DNA of 64,000 nt, from NCBI RefSeq assembly GCF_006345805.1, contig NC_043010.1, positions 5,208,001 through 5,272,000 of the forward strand, in the 5' to 3' direction. Shown one piece after another: positions 28,616-42,767 of this stretch (position 1 is its first letter; the number at the start of each line of letters is the position of its first letter). Origin of the DNA: Octopus sinensis (taxonomy: Eukaryota). Made by a program: the position numbers and the translations under genes. Below the pieces are notes generated by a model that was not told the origin of the DNA, did not search any database, and saw nothing but the letters and a program-made list of their open reading frames with translations.

Positions 28616-29308
28616 TTTCTATTTTGATTAACATGTTCTACAGATTGCGAAGACATGTGCCACGTATTTGTGTACACGTGTGCTTGCCTGCACACACACA
28701 CACTCACACACACTCACACACACTCACACACACATATGAGGTACATAGATGCAAACACATATAATTTCTTGAGAAATGAACTTGTGAATATTTATTCTAA
28801 GCATGGGGTGTCAACACTGTTAACCACAAAACATAAAGGCATTAAAACAAAGAGTCAATTTATTGATTGAGCTTTTGATGTTATATATTGATGAATATTT
28901 GCACATAAGCAACCATTCAAATATGCACATACATATACACATTCATATACATGCACATCCATTCACGCAGACATATGCATGAAAGTGCAGATAATATTTG
29001 ACCTTCCTTATATGTATGTGTGTGTGTGTGCATATGTATGTATGCATGTTTGTATGTTTGTTTGTATGTATGTTTCTATGTATGTATGTTTTTATGTATG
29101 TATCTGATGTATATGTACAGACATACGCGTATGTAGTGGTGGGGTGGTGGTGGTGGTGGTGGTGTGGTGTGGTGGTTGTGGTGGTGGTGATGGTGATGGT
29201 TTTGAATGATGGTGGTGGTAGTAGGGGTAGTGGCATTGGAAAGCGGACGTTAAACGCCGATGACGATGATGATGATAATGCTACATATATATATACATAC
29301 ATATATAT

Positions 29309-29733
29309 AGGTGCAGGAGTGGCTGTGTGGTAAGTAGATTGCTTAACAACCACATGGTTCTGGGTTCATTCCCACTGCGTGGCACCTTGGGCAAGTGTCT
29401 TTCTTCTATAGCCTCAGGCCGACCAAAGCCTTGTGAGTGGATTTGGTAGACGGAAGCTGAAAGAAGCACGTTATATATATATGTATATATATATATGTAT
29501 GTATGTGTGTGTATATGTTTTTGTATCTATGTTTGTCCCCCACCAACATTGCTTGACAACTGATGGTGGTGTGTTTACATCATCCCCGTAACTTTGCGGT
29601 TCAGCAAAAAAAAAACCAATAGATAAGTGCTAGGCTTCCAAAGAATAAGTCCTGGGATCGATTTGCCAACTAAAGCCAGTGCTCCAGCATGACCACAGTC
29701 AAATAACTGAAACAAGTAAAAGAGTAAAAGAGT
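29309..29733 (+). mobile_element. Family-2 SINE
   Basis: Same layout as 10322-10745. Confidence 0.85.
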
Positions 29734-29884
29734 ATATATATATATTATATAATATATATTATATATATATAATATATTATATATAATATATATATATATT
29801 ATATATATATATATTATAATATATATACATCATATATTATATATATATGTATATATATAATATATACACATACATACATATATA

Positions 29885-29925
<41 letters not shown>

Positions 29926-29929
29926 TTAC

Positions 29930-29968
<39 letters not shown>

Positions 29969-30833
29969 TTATAATATATATATATATATATTATATACAC
30001 ACACTATATATATATATATACATATATATATATACACACATATATATACATATATTTACATATATATATGTGGGTATATAATTATATATATGTGTGTGTG
30101 TGTATTTTTGAATGTATGTCTCTCACGCATACACATGCACTCACATACACACACACATGCTGAAAAATATGCATTTCTCAGGGTGCTTTAGTATAAACAC
30201 TGTCTATATTTTTCCTTTTTATGTATGAACATTTTATTTCAGAATTTATATAAATAATTGTATTTACTTATCTGTTTTCGAAACATGATGGAATGTATGT
30301 CTTTTTGATAAAAATTGATGATAAGAAATAAAGTACAACAACATCAATAACATCAAAATCATTATCAACATTATTAAGAAAATTGCCATTCTAATGTCAG
30401 ATACCAATTTAGAGTGCTTTTCTTGCAGTTTTTATCAAGTTTTATAAACGATCAATTGATAGATAACAAAGAAAAAAAAAACAGAAAAAAGAAAGCAGCA
30501 AAAAATTAAAGATAAATAATAGAATAAAAATATAAGGAATTTATCTTTTATCAGCAATTTTCTTAAACCTGACTGGTATAAGTTTAAACTCGAGTTTTAA
30601 TTGTTTTTACTTATATTAAAAATTACTGGTTTGTGTCAGGAAAAATATGTTAAAAAAGCGATGTACTCAATGTCATATTTAAAAAGATTTGTAATTAGTG
30701 GAAATTATTTTCAGTTTTGTTGTAGAAGGAAAATGCAATCCTAGCATTACTTGTTGGTGACCAACTTACATTGGGATCACTTTAGTGTGTAGTCTACTTT
30801 GACATTTACACCTCAGTGTGCAATCTAATCATG

Positions 30834-31020
30834 ACCCTAAACCCTAGCCCTAAACCCTAACCTACCCCTAACCCTAAACCCCAGCCCTAAACCCTAATTC
30901 TGACTCTAAACCCTAACCTACCCCTAACCCTAAACCCAAGCCCTAACCCTAATTCTAACCTTAATTCTAACCTGGCCCTAACTCTAAACCCTAACCTAAT
31001 CCTAGCCCTAATCCTAACCT
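30834..31020. repeat. Degenerate interstitial (CCCTAA)n telomere-like tract
   Basis: ccctaa/cctaaa/cctaat hexamer variants. Confidence 0.8.
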
Positions 31021-31582
31021 TATCATCATCATCATCATCATTGTTTAGCGTCTGCTTTCCATGCTGGCATGGGTTGGACGGTGCAACTGGGGTCTGGGAA
31101 GCCAGAAGGCTGCACCAGGCCCAGTCTGATCTGGCAATGTTTCTACAGCTGGATGCCCTTCCTAACGCCAACCACTCCATGCGTGTAGTGGGTGCTTTTT
31201 ACGTGCCACCAGCAGGTAATTTCAGAGGTCTAAATGGTTGCAGCAGTGTAAACTTTGGTATATACACTTAAATGCCGAAAAGTGGTGCTATGTTGGGGAA
31301 CAAATTGATTCTACTATCCTAGAACATGAACAGTCCCTCTGGGCTTCCATACATTTTCAGTTACCCACTTTCATTTGCAAAGTTATGTAAAACGAAATTT
31401 TCTTAAAATATACTCAGGTGTGATTAGACCTGAATGTATGCAGTTTACAAAACATATGTCTCAACCACACAGCCATTCCAATACCCAATACTATGCCAGC
31501 TCTTTAATCTCCATTAACACGTATTTTGTTTTTAACATGTATCTAGTGACAATGGTTATTATTATTATTATTATTATTATTA

Positions 31583-31618
<36 letters not shown>

Positions 31619-31871
31619 CATTATTAATCAGTGAGAGAGCAGTGCAAGCCATCAAAGTGACACTGGGATAAAATATATGAAGCCCAGTATACCCATCATG
31701 ACTACCTGTCTGATAAGGTTACTATTATTATTATTATTATTATTATATTATTATTATTATTATTATTATTATCATCATTATTATATTATATCATCTTATT
31801 ATTATTATTATTATTATTATTATATTATTATTATTATTATTATTATATTATCATTATTATTATTATTATTA

Positions 31872-31916
<45 letters not shown>

Positions 31917-33706
31917 TATTATTATCATTATTATTATTATTATCTCTTTAATGAAAGCCAACCTCTACTGTGTTTCTCATAAATACTTCATTGTTGTCGT
32001 AATATCGAAACAATTTACTTTTGAACGCCATAACGAACACATCTCCCAACCAAATAAAACCTTTGGAAACCTAAAACACAAATAAAATGAACATAAAAAG
32101 ATTAACCAATCTAAATTAGGTGCCCAGTCCTTCCTCTTACATTTGGTTTAAAGAGCTTCACAGATCCATCGGTCACTTCTTTTATGGTTCATTATTTTCA
32201 AATATAATGTTTTATATACCAATAAATGCAGGAAATATTTTCCCCTTTAAATATCTACAGATACACAATAAATGATGAAGGACTGCTAAATTACGAGAAA
32301 TACAATCTTGGAACAGAAACCTTTGTACCGCCTTTGTTATTCCTCACACTAATTTTTATACATTTGGTTGGATAGATGTTAATTTTGGCTGCAACACCAT
32401 CGTTGCTTTTACTACATGAGGTATTGTTTGAAGTATATAAATAAAAATGCTGCTGAAATTCCCTTAAAAATAAAGGGTCTTTTTTTTTTTTTACCAAAAG
32501 AAGGCTTTTTCTGTATTCCCCAAGTTTGCCACGAATAACTGAATTGTTAAATGACACAAACACAGGGTAACTATCACTAACATTTAGGGATGATCGTACT
32601 TCAAATACAAAGGGTTTATCGTCATCATTGTCATCATCATGGTCATCATCATCATTGTCATTGTCAATGTCATTTTCATCATTGTTGCCATTGACATTCT
32701 CTTCATCAACATCCTTATTATTGTCATCATCATCATCGTCACTACCATCATGATATCACCATCACCTTCATCATAATCATCATCATAATCATCATCGTCT
32801 TCATCATCACCATATTCTCCAGAACCATCACCATCATCACCACTATTATAATTATCCCACACCGAAAGCATTGAGGCACAATTTTCAACCCCCACCACCA
32901 CCACCACCACAACCACCACTTCATACATACAGTGTCTTAAAGAGACTCTAGAATGGTTGCTTGACCTGCTAGGAAGAACAACCAAATCTCCCTCCTCCAA
33001 ACATATCCTATATATGCTAAAACAAACAGAGGAATTTACACATTACCTGATACATACTTTCATATATGGCTTAAAACATCAGTGGGATGGTCATGGTTGG
33101 AATGTTTTTGACCAAAGGTTTGCTCCAACAACAATACAACACATACACATTTAAACACCTCTGTGTATAATTTCACTTTACAATATACAACCAAGTACTT
33201 AAATCATGTAACAGTTGAGGAAAGGTAGGCTTCTATATGCTCTCATAAAATCTGCTTGTGATAGCAACCAAATAGCCCTCAAATTACACCTTACCATCAT
33301 TAAAGAAGTAAAGACATAATGGAGAGTGTAGTTTAAGATAAGCTATGTCTATTCTATCTAGAAAGGAATACAAAATTAGACTGGTTATGACTGGAACACT
33401 TATGAACACAGACCTGCCTGATCAGGTCTGACCGAGGGCTAAAGGAAAGCAAAAAAAAATTCAACAACAAAGTATTTTATGCTTTGCCATAACTCCTCCT
33501 CATTATTGCCTGTTCTCCATATAAAAGTGTTAAAATTGTTGTTGTTGTTGTTGTTGTTGTTGTCATAGTCGTCATCATCATCATTGTCATCCCCTCCCTC
33601 TCTCCTCCTTCCCCACCTTCTCCCCTTCTTCTCTGCTTCCTCATCATCACCATCATCATTGTCAGCATTTTTATCACACATCAATGGCACAGAAAGAATG
33701 TGTTTA

Positions 33707-33941
33707 CAGTAAATCCCTCGCCATATCACGGTTCACTTGTCGCAGTTCACCTATCACAGTTTGTTATTTAAGCTTACGTCCATTCCCCTGTGGTGCTGTT
33801 TTGCATTTATAATAAAATAAATATATATACAACTTATAAAAAAAAATCAAAAAAATATACAGTACTGTTTCTGCTTCACAGATTTTCACCTATCGCTGGG
33901 GGTTTTTAAATGTTACACCCACGATAGTCGAGGGATTGTTG
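33707..33941. mobile_element. Tigger/pogo-like MITE
   Basis: TA|CAGTAAATCCCTCGCCATATC ... GATAGTCGAGGGATTGTTG|TA. Confidence 0.7.
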
Positions 33942-34809
33942 TATATTATTACTATACCTACAGTGAGATTTTCTAATAATTAATTTAATCTAATTTTTTT
34001 CTGATGTGTTGTGCATAACATACATACATACAGAGATACACACATACCCACATACAAACAAACATCCATACATACAAGCATGCATGAGCATACATATACA
34101 CATGAGCATACACATACATACATACATACATACATACATACACACCAACCCACATACATACAAACATTCATACATACATACATACATGATGGCTGCCCCC
34201 TCGAAGCTTAATCAATGTTGTTATCGTGCAATGCCTGTGCAAGAAGATATTTTTTAAGTGAGGAAAGGCTGTGCACTGAGTCAATCCCACTCACTAAGCA
34301 ACAGCAGCCATAATCCAAAAAGAAGAACAAGTCAACATCATCGGTAACCACTGAGCCGCAGGTTTTATGTCAGAGTTATCCCAGTTACCTGAGTTGCCTT
34401 CTCTTAGAAGGATGCCCTAACACAGGCTAGGAGTCCTTCACTCCCAATGGTTTAACTGCGTGATCGGGTATTCCAATCCGATTGTTTCTATGTCCCCGCG
34501 CATAATATAGCCTTAAGACATTTATTGGATGGCCGTTGACTCTCAAGAGTTCCTCTGCCCTTTGACAGGTTTTGTTTTTCATCCCGCAGGGTGACCAATA
34601 AACACCCTCCTCACCAAGCGAGCTTGGTGGGGTTGCGAGTTTAGTCGCCGACGACCCAACCATACAACAAGTAGATATACATTCATACATACATACATAC
34701 ATACATACATACTACATACATACATACATGCATGCATACATTCAAGGCGATGCTATAGCATGGTTGCAGTCAAATGACTGAAACAAGTAAATGAAGAAAT
34801 GACTACATA

Positions 34810-35190
34810 TGTACAGCGGATGTTAACATAAAGCTAAAGATCAGCAAAAAAGAAAACACCTTTGCTGAACTACTGAGAAATCTACAGTTACTCTATCCAG
34901 ATTACGAGTTCAGATTTATACCTGCAATTATTGGGGTACTGCGGGGTGTGTAACACACTACCTAAGTACCGAGCTTCAGAAATTAGGCTTTTCAAAATCA
35001 GAAAGGAGAAAACTTATTTGAAGACTACAGATCAAAGCCATCACAGGAACTGTAAAAATCTGTAAAACTTTCCAGAAGTTCATTCAAGTGTATATGCGCA
35101 TGTTGAAATTCTAATGAAGAAATCTTGGATCTAGACTAGAAACTGGAACTTTCTCAATTGACAAGAAATCTTGAAATAAAACTGACTAAT
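34810..35190 (+). pseudogene. 3' end of an RLE-type (R4/Dong-like) non-LTR retrotransposon
   Basis: DVNIKLKISKKENTFAELLRNLQLLYPDYEFRFIPAIIGVL...RLQIKAITGTVKICKTFQKF. Confidence 0.7.
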
Positions 35191-35254
35191 AACATACATA
35201 AATATGCACATACACACACATACATACATGTGTGTGTGTGAGTATATGTATCTG

Positions 35255-35306
<52 letters not shown>

Positions 35307-35308
35307 AC

Positions 35309-35339
<31 letters not shown>

Positions 35340-35356
35340 ATATATGTATATATATA

Positions 35357-35452
35357 TGAAGATTGACTATAATTTTAATTCGAATTTATTTCAATTGAAT
35401 TTAAACTTAACTGTAATTCGAATTTAATTGTAGCCATGAAACGCACATAGTG
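35357..35452 (+). ncRNA. Decayed minimal hammerhead with long stem II
   Basis: TGAAGA ttgactataatt...aattgtagccat GAAA cgcaca TA gtg; stem III is consistent with CpG-decayed ACGCGCGT; the 5' side runs into (TA)n. Confidence 0.5.
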
Positions 35453-35695
35453 TTTTTGCTTATTATATTATATATTTATCATTCATTTTATACTTTTTGA
35501 GATCTAGTTATATTATAGTTATATTATAAAAAGTTATATTATAAAAAAATAAATAAAAAATTTATATATTTATATATATATATATATTATTTGTTATTTA
35601 TGTATTGGTTTATGTCCATCACTGTTTGAGTTGCATAATAGTGGTTTTATCTCTAATTCATATTTTATATATATATATATATACATCTGTGTGTT

Positions 35696-35729
<34 letters not shown>

Positions 35730-35772
35730 CATACATTCATTGTTTAAACCTCGCCAAGATAAATATTTAAAC

Positions 35773-35836
35773 CACCTGATGAATGACTGCGACTCAAAAA
35801 TTTGAAGAAGTTAGCAGGCATGAAACGATCGTAGTG
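35773..35836 (+). ncRNA. Minimal type-I hammerhead ribozyme, canonical core
   Basis: cac CTGATGA ATGaCTGC...GCAGgCAT GAAA CGATCG TA gtg; stem I cac/gtg, palindromic stem III ACGATCGT, predicted cut after 35833. Confidence 0.8.
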
Positions 35837-36058
35837 TGATATTAATTATATTTTTTTAATAATTTTTGATATATATTTAAAATAATATGAATTAATTAAT
35901 CTTATGTATTGGCTTAAGTTTTTCATTGTTTGATTTGCCTAATAGTGGTTTTGTCTCTAATTTAATATAATATTATATTTTACTATAAAATTGGATTCAA
36001 TCCTAAATCAGATTTTTCCCTGTAAGTTTATTCCCTAATATTTATTATATATGTATAT

Positions 36059-36101
<43 letters not shown>

Positions 36102-36465
36102 GGTGTATATTTGACTGTGATTATGTTTACTGATGCAAACCAGCTTGTAGAGATGCACTGATTTTAGTAAAAAAAATGTTACAGTTATTCTTCGTAATAA
36201 TCCTCATTCTTATAATTGTTTGAATTTCCACTTTTCCCTACCTGTGAAAACTGAATTTGTTGAGAAAGTTACTTTTATAGTTAGATGTCCTTCTTGTCAC
36301 CAACATTCACTTGTTTCCAAGCAAGATAATATCCCTTGTAGCTGGACATGTATTGGGGGAAAACAGGGAACAAATGACAACACTTCTAAGACAGTGATTC
36401 TTGCTTACGACTATCAAGACTATCTGATTCAAAAACACACACACACACACACACACACATACATA

Positions 36466-36865
36466 TACTCTTTTACTCTTTTACTTGTTTCAGTCATTTG
36501 ACTGCGGCCATGCAGGAGCACTGCCTTTAGTCGAGCAACTCGACCCCGGGACTTATTCTTTGTAAGCCCAGTACTTATTTTATCGATCTCTTTTGCCGAA
36601 CTGCTAGGTGAAAGGGACGTAAACACACCAGCATCGGTTGTCAAGCAATGCTGGGGGACAAACATACACACACACATACACACACACATATACATATATA
36701 TACATATATACGACGGGCTTCTTTCAGTTTCCGTCTACCAAATCCACTTACAAGGCTTTGGTTGGCTCGGGGCTATTGCAGAAGACACTTGCCCAAGATG
36801 CCACGCAGTGGGACTGAACCCGGAACCATGTGGTTGTTTAGCAAGCTACTTACCACACAGCCACT
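36466..36865 (-). mobile_element. Family-2 SINE
   Basis: Reverse complement of the 10322-10745 layout. Confidence 0.85.
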
Positions 36866-37199
36866 AGGCTTCTTTAAGTTTCTGTCTACAAAATCCACTC
36901 ACAAGCTTTTGGTCAGCCTGAAGTCATAGTAGAAGTCATTTGCCCAAAGTGCTGTGCTGCAAGACTCAAACTGAAATCAGGTGATTGGGAAGGGAATTTC
37001 TTCATTGCTCAGCTATGTCTGTGCCTTCATGTATACCAGTAATTTAGCCATGCTTGTACCTTGGGCATGTTTGTACCTTAGCTATCCCTGCACCCTCAAT
37101 AAATAAAAATTGAAACGATAAATTTATGCTTATGAATTCATGTTGCAATATTCCTGATGTGTAACTGTGTATTGTAATAGATGTTGTTGTAATTCAGGA

Positions 37200-37605
37200 T
37201 ACTCTTTTACTCTTTCACTTGTTTCAGTCATTTGACTGCGGCCATGCTGGAGCACCGCCTTTAGTCGAGCAATTCGACCCCGGGACTTATTCTTTGTAAG
37301 CCCAGTACTTATTCTATCGGTCTCTTTTGCCGAACCGCTAAGTGACGGAGATGTAAACACACCAGCATCAATTGTCAAGCAATGCTAGGGGGACAAACAC
37401 AGACACACAAACACACATACATATATATATATACATATATACGACAGGCTTCTTTCAGTTTCCGTCTACCAAATCCACTCACAAGGCATTGGTCAGCCCG
37501 GGGCTATAGCAGAAGACACTTGCCCAAGGTGCCACGCAGTGGGACTGAAGCCGGAACCCTGTGGCTGGTTAGCAAGCTACTTACCACACAGCCACTCCTG
37601 TGCCT
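37200..37605 (-). mobile_element. Family-2 SINE
   Basis: Reverse complement of the 10322-10745 layout. Confidence 0.85.
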
Positions 37606-37609
37606 ACGG

Positions 37610-37925
37610 ATGGTCATATATATTTTTTTTTGCCAAATAATAACACACTGTATATTTGTTCTTCGCTCATCTATTACTGTTCTTATTCATCTCACATCTG
37701 TGCCTTCTTCAGCGACACTTTCCATCTTCATGTATGCTCCTGTTCTGTTTAGTCCAGATACTTTCCATCCTCGTGTGTGTGTGTGCTCATGTTCCTCTGA
37801 AGAGGTCACAAATGTGTGACAAAAGATTTCCAGACAATGGACATGAGTTAAAATAAGAACAGTAAGAAATGAGTGAAGAACGAATATATATTATGTGTGT
37901 TTATTTAGCAAAAAAAAAAAAAATC
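37610..37925. repeat. Second, rearranged inverted-repeat copy of the 892-1414 family, with HHR remnants
   Basis: Shares TTTGCCAAATAA..ACACAC...TATTACTGTTCTTATT arms; right arm 37797-37836 reads CTGAAGA g GTCACA aatg TGTGAC AAAA gatttc cagaca. Confidence 0.75.
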
Positions 37926-38172
37926 AAATGGCAGTGCCCCAGCATGGCCACTGCTCATGAGCTGAAACTAGATAAAATTTTTAAAATCCCAACAAGATAA
38001 ATACCTGACTGAAATAAATAGTAGGGTTGATACAACTGACTAAAAAACTTTGAAAGTAGTGCTCCAGCATTGCCAGGCCAATGACTGGAACCAGACTAAG
38101 AATGGGAAAAAATTAACCATCAGATGAAGGACAGATTCTTAAAATGTTGCTATACTCTTTTACTCTTTTACT

Positions 38173-38373
38173 TGTTTCAGTCATTTGACTGCGGCCATGC
38201 TGGAGCACCACCTTTAATTGAGCAACTCGACCCCGGGACTTATTCTTTTGTAAGCCCAGTACTTATTCTATCGGTCTCTTTTGCCAAACCACTAAGTAAT
38301 GGGGACATAAACACACCAGCATCGGTTGTCAAGCAATGCTAGGGGGACAAACACAGACACACAAACACACACA

Positions 38374-38410
<37 letters not shown>

Positions 38411-38575
38411 GACAGGCTTCTTTCAGTTTCCGTCTACTAAATCCACTCACAAGGCTTTGGTCGGCCCAAGGCTATAGTAGAAGACACTTGCCCAAGGTGC
38501 CACGCAGTGGGACTGAACCCGGAACCATGTGGTTGGTAAACAAGCTACTTACCACACAGCCACTCCTGCGCCTAT
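38173..38575 (-). mobile_element. Family-2 SINE
   Basis: Reverse complement of the 10322-10745 layout. Confidence 0.85.
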
Positions 38576-40196
38576 AGTATAAGTAAAATTAATAGCACAT
38601 CCATGGCAAGATCAAATCATGACAGGATTTTTAACCAGGGAAAAACACAAGTTAAAAGAATTGTTTTGTTTACTTAAATTCCATTTTCTTTTTGTCTTTA
38701 TCAAAAACAGAGAATATTCAAATAATGGCGAGCCATCATACAAAATTTGTTGCAAACTAAACCAAACTAAATATGTATAAAAAAAATACCTTATGTAAAA
38801 ATAACAAATAAAAAACCAACTAAATATTTATTAATATTCTATAGAAGTCTCCAAGTTCTATTTAGATTTTGAATAAATTACACTTTTTCAACAAAATAAA
38901 GAAGAAATTTTCTTTTTATATGCAAATAATAATCATTTCTTGCTGTGTTTTAATTCTGTGAAAACAAATTTTAATAAAAGAATATTTGTAACTTGCCAAT
39001 GTTATTAACACAACTCTGAGAATAGTACTTCCACTTTGGATAAAAAAAAGTTTCATCTTTTTATCTCAAGATTATGGAAATCAATAGCAAGAATATATAG
39101 TAAAGTCAAACTAGAAAGCATAATTAATAATGTAGATAAAGAATTCTATATAATTCTTCAGATTATCTATATATAAAAACGTTAGTCTTAAATTACCAGT
39201 GTTAGAATTACAGAGGATTTAGATCAAAAAGACATCAATAATAAAGTATATTTTCAAATATCAGTACTTTAAAATTTCTAACTTTTAAAATTAAAGCTAA
39301 CACTTTTATGGCTACATACAAGAACATTAATAACAAAGCTCCCTTCCTTCTCGAGCCATACCTGGCTCATAAGGGCCGGTTTCCCGGTTTCTTGGCATAT
39401 AGGTTCCCCACCTGGACAGGACACCGGTCCATCGCAGGTGAGCTGCAAGATGCAGGAGGGAAGAGTGAGAGAAAGTTGTGGCGAAAGAGTCAGCAGAAGT
39501 TTGCCATTACCTTCTGCTGCTCCAGTTCTTCACTCGTCTGTGAAAATGAGTTGCAACATCACTGGTTCCAAACTATATTGGTCTTTGCCTTTCCCTTGGA
39601 TAATATCAGTGGTATGGAGAGGGGAGGCTGGTATGTATGGACAACTTCCATAAACAACTTTGCCTGGAATTGTGCCTTGGAGGGGAACTTTCTAGGTGCA
39701 ATCCCATGGTCATTCGTGACCATAGGGGGTCTTTACCCTTTATCCTTTACTTATATACACTAAAATTATGTAGCCAAATAGGTATAAGGCATTAAGTTAA
39801 TGACCATGAGGCTTTGTGGTCCAGTCCTGGACCAGATGGCACATTGTGATACTGAAAATAGCCTATTGCCCTAACTGAAAATGAGTACCAGGTAGGAATT
39901 GGTACAACACTTTCTTTCTCTAGGTGTCACATCCTGGATTATCCACTGGGTCAGTCATTGGCGTGCTTTGGTTGTCTCAGGGCTATAGTAGAAGACACTT
40001 GCTTGAGGTCCCATGCTGTTAGACTGAACCCATGACCATGTGGCTTGGAAGTAAACTTCTTGGAGTGCCTCTGTGTGTGTGTGTGTGTGTGCATGTATGT
40101 GTGTGTGCATGTATGTGTGTGTGTGTATGTGTGTGTGTGTGAGTGTGTATGTGTGTGTGTGTGTGTGTGTGAGTGTGTATGTGTGTGTATGTGGTG

Positions 40197-40227
<31 letters not shown>

Positions 40228-40577
40228 TGTGTGTGTGCGTGCGTATTTTCAGCGATAAAAATAGCAACAACATACCCCTCTTTAAAGAAATGACATCAAT
40301 ATTAAAAGACATCTCTCATGATGATGATGATAATGATTACGAAAATGATGATGACAGTCACAGCAACAATGACCATGATGACAATGATGATGATGATGAT
40401 GACGACGATGTCAAAGATGTAAACGACAGCAAGGATGACAATAATATGACAGCACCACCACTGCCACCACCACTACCACTGATGGCAACGACGACAACAC
40501 TGACAGTGTTGTTCATGATAAGGAGGACAACATTGCAAGCATCAGTATCATCAGTACTATTCTTACACTTGATAAGG

Positions 40578-41030
<453 letters not shown>

Positions 41031-41596
41031 TTTATTATTGTTGTTATCATCAAGGATTGCTTGAGACATCAGCACTGCTGGTTATGACAGCGGCAATGAT
41101 CTGAACAATTCAAATGCTATGGAAAAAAAATCCATACAACTTCCTATACCAAAAGCAATGGATTGCAGCTGTATTGAAGATATTGACTGAAGAGCAAAGG
41201 ATTCGTGTTTGTTTCTTGTTAATTCCTCTACCTATCAATTCAATTTAGTCTAATCTCAAGGCATTTTGTTTGTGTCAGTACAAGACGTAGAAAGTCAATA
41301 CACCCTTATATTGTGAACTACTTCAGTTAGAAGAATTGAAATCATAAAATAGTCTGAAATTTCAGAAAGCAGCCTGGGGCAGTTTGGGATGCATTGAAAT
41401 AATCTTTGCTGTGAACAATTAGTAGAATAATTTCTGATCCTTATTTTGGTTAAATTCTAGGCTAATCTTCAGTTGAAACTTTGGTTTTCTTTCCCTCCAA
41501 AAATCAATGAAATAAGACTTACTATCTTTGATAGAAATAATACAAGTTTTCTTTCCACCAACTTGGTGGAATGTAATCATTATCATCAACATTTAA

Positions 41597-41817
41597 CCCT
41601 TTCGTTACCGTATTTATTTTGAGATGCTCTGTGTTTCTTTCAATTACTTTAAATATAACAAATAATTTAGTAAAATAACTTAGTTATGATTAAGCTAGTT
41701 TTAGGAACATAAATTGTGACTAAGGTTTTGTTGAAGATTTTAATTCAGAACTTCTGAAAACAAGACATTTGTACTACAGAGCCAGAGCCGGTTTTAGCCA
41801 GGTTGGTACTGAAATGG
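41597..41817. mobile_element. piggyBac-type MITE
   Basis: TTAA|CCCTTTCGTTACC ... GGTACTGAAATGG|TTAA; similar older elements at ~44655-44860 and ~56735-56965. Confidence 0.7.
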
Positions 41818-41899
41818 TTAACATAAGTTTTTCAAACTGGCATAGGTAGGAACAGCTTGACAGGAAGTGAAAAAGTTAGGGTCCACCCCAGGTTATATA

Positions 41900-42465
41900 T
41901 TGGGTTGTTCGGAAAGTTCAGGCCGATTTTTCAAGGAAAGTAAAAGGTCAATAAATACTTGCCATTACATTTTTAATCAACCAAATATGAACCATTTTGT
42001 TGCACAATGCGTCCCCATCTTTCCTTTAACTTGAAAATACCCACTTCTCAGAATTGAGGGGGTTTCATGACAAAGAATTTATCAAGGTATCTTTTTACGT
42101 CATCCAAGGAATTGAAATTTTTACCATTAAGACTATTCTGCAGAGACCTGAATGAGTGGAAATCCAAAGGAGCAATATCTGGTGAATATGGAGGGTGGGG
42201 TAACACATCCCAGCCGAGCTGCAGCAATTTTTGACTGGTTCCCAAAGCATCAAGTGCCGAAAATGAACCTTCTTATGTTCCATTTTAAAGGGTTACAGAA
42301 TTAACACAGGTTATAGGAACATAAACCTTCTTCCACGAAAAGATAGCTTAAGCTGTACTTTAAATGGAGGTGTAGTCAAATCCTATTTTATGGACTCAGC
42401 CATGTTCTAAAATAAGTCGAAATGTAAGCTACTATAAATCAGCACAAACTTTCCGGACAACCCAA
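41900..42465 (-). mobile_element. Internally deleted mariner element
   Basis: TA-flanked TIRs TTGGGTTGTTCGGAAAGTT / AACTTTCCGGACAACCCAA; transposase C-terminus LGWDVLPHPPYSPDIAPLDFHSFRSLQNSL. Confidence 0.9.
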
Positions 42466-42730
42466 TAGTTGTTTTGGTTTGATCTCTTCAGCTTCTTTTT
42501 TCTTTTTTCTTGTGTTATCAAATAATCCCATCTCCTAATATACCACTAAGAGACTTTTCCTCCGAAATCAAAGTGGGTTGATAGCACATGAAAAAATATG
42601 AGGAAAAAATATAACTCCAAGGTGTGGGTGAGGAATTTCTGAGGTTCAAGTTGACTGGGAACCTGGGGCCCACCAGAATCGTTCCCAATTGGGCCCCACA
42701 CCTCCTAAGTCCGGCCCTGTATATATGCAC

Positions 42731-42767
<37 letters not shown>

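Noticed and set aside
34590-34645. Twister-like CCAAGC...GAGGAGGG string on the minus strand
   Set aside because: CCAAGC pairs locally with GCTTGG, and the P4 5' strand and UAA cleavage loop could not be placed
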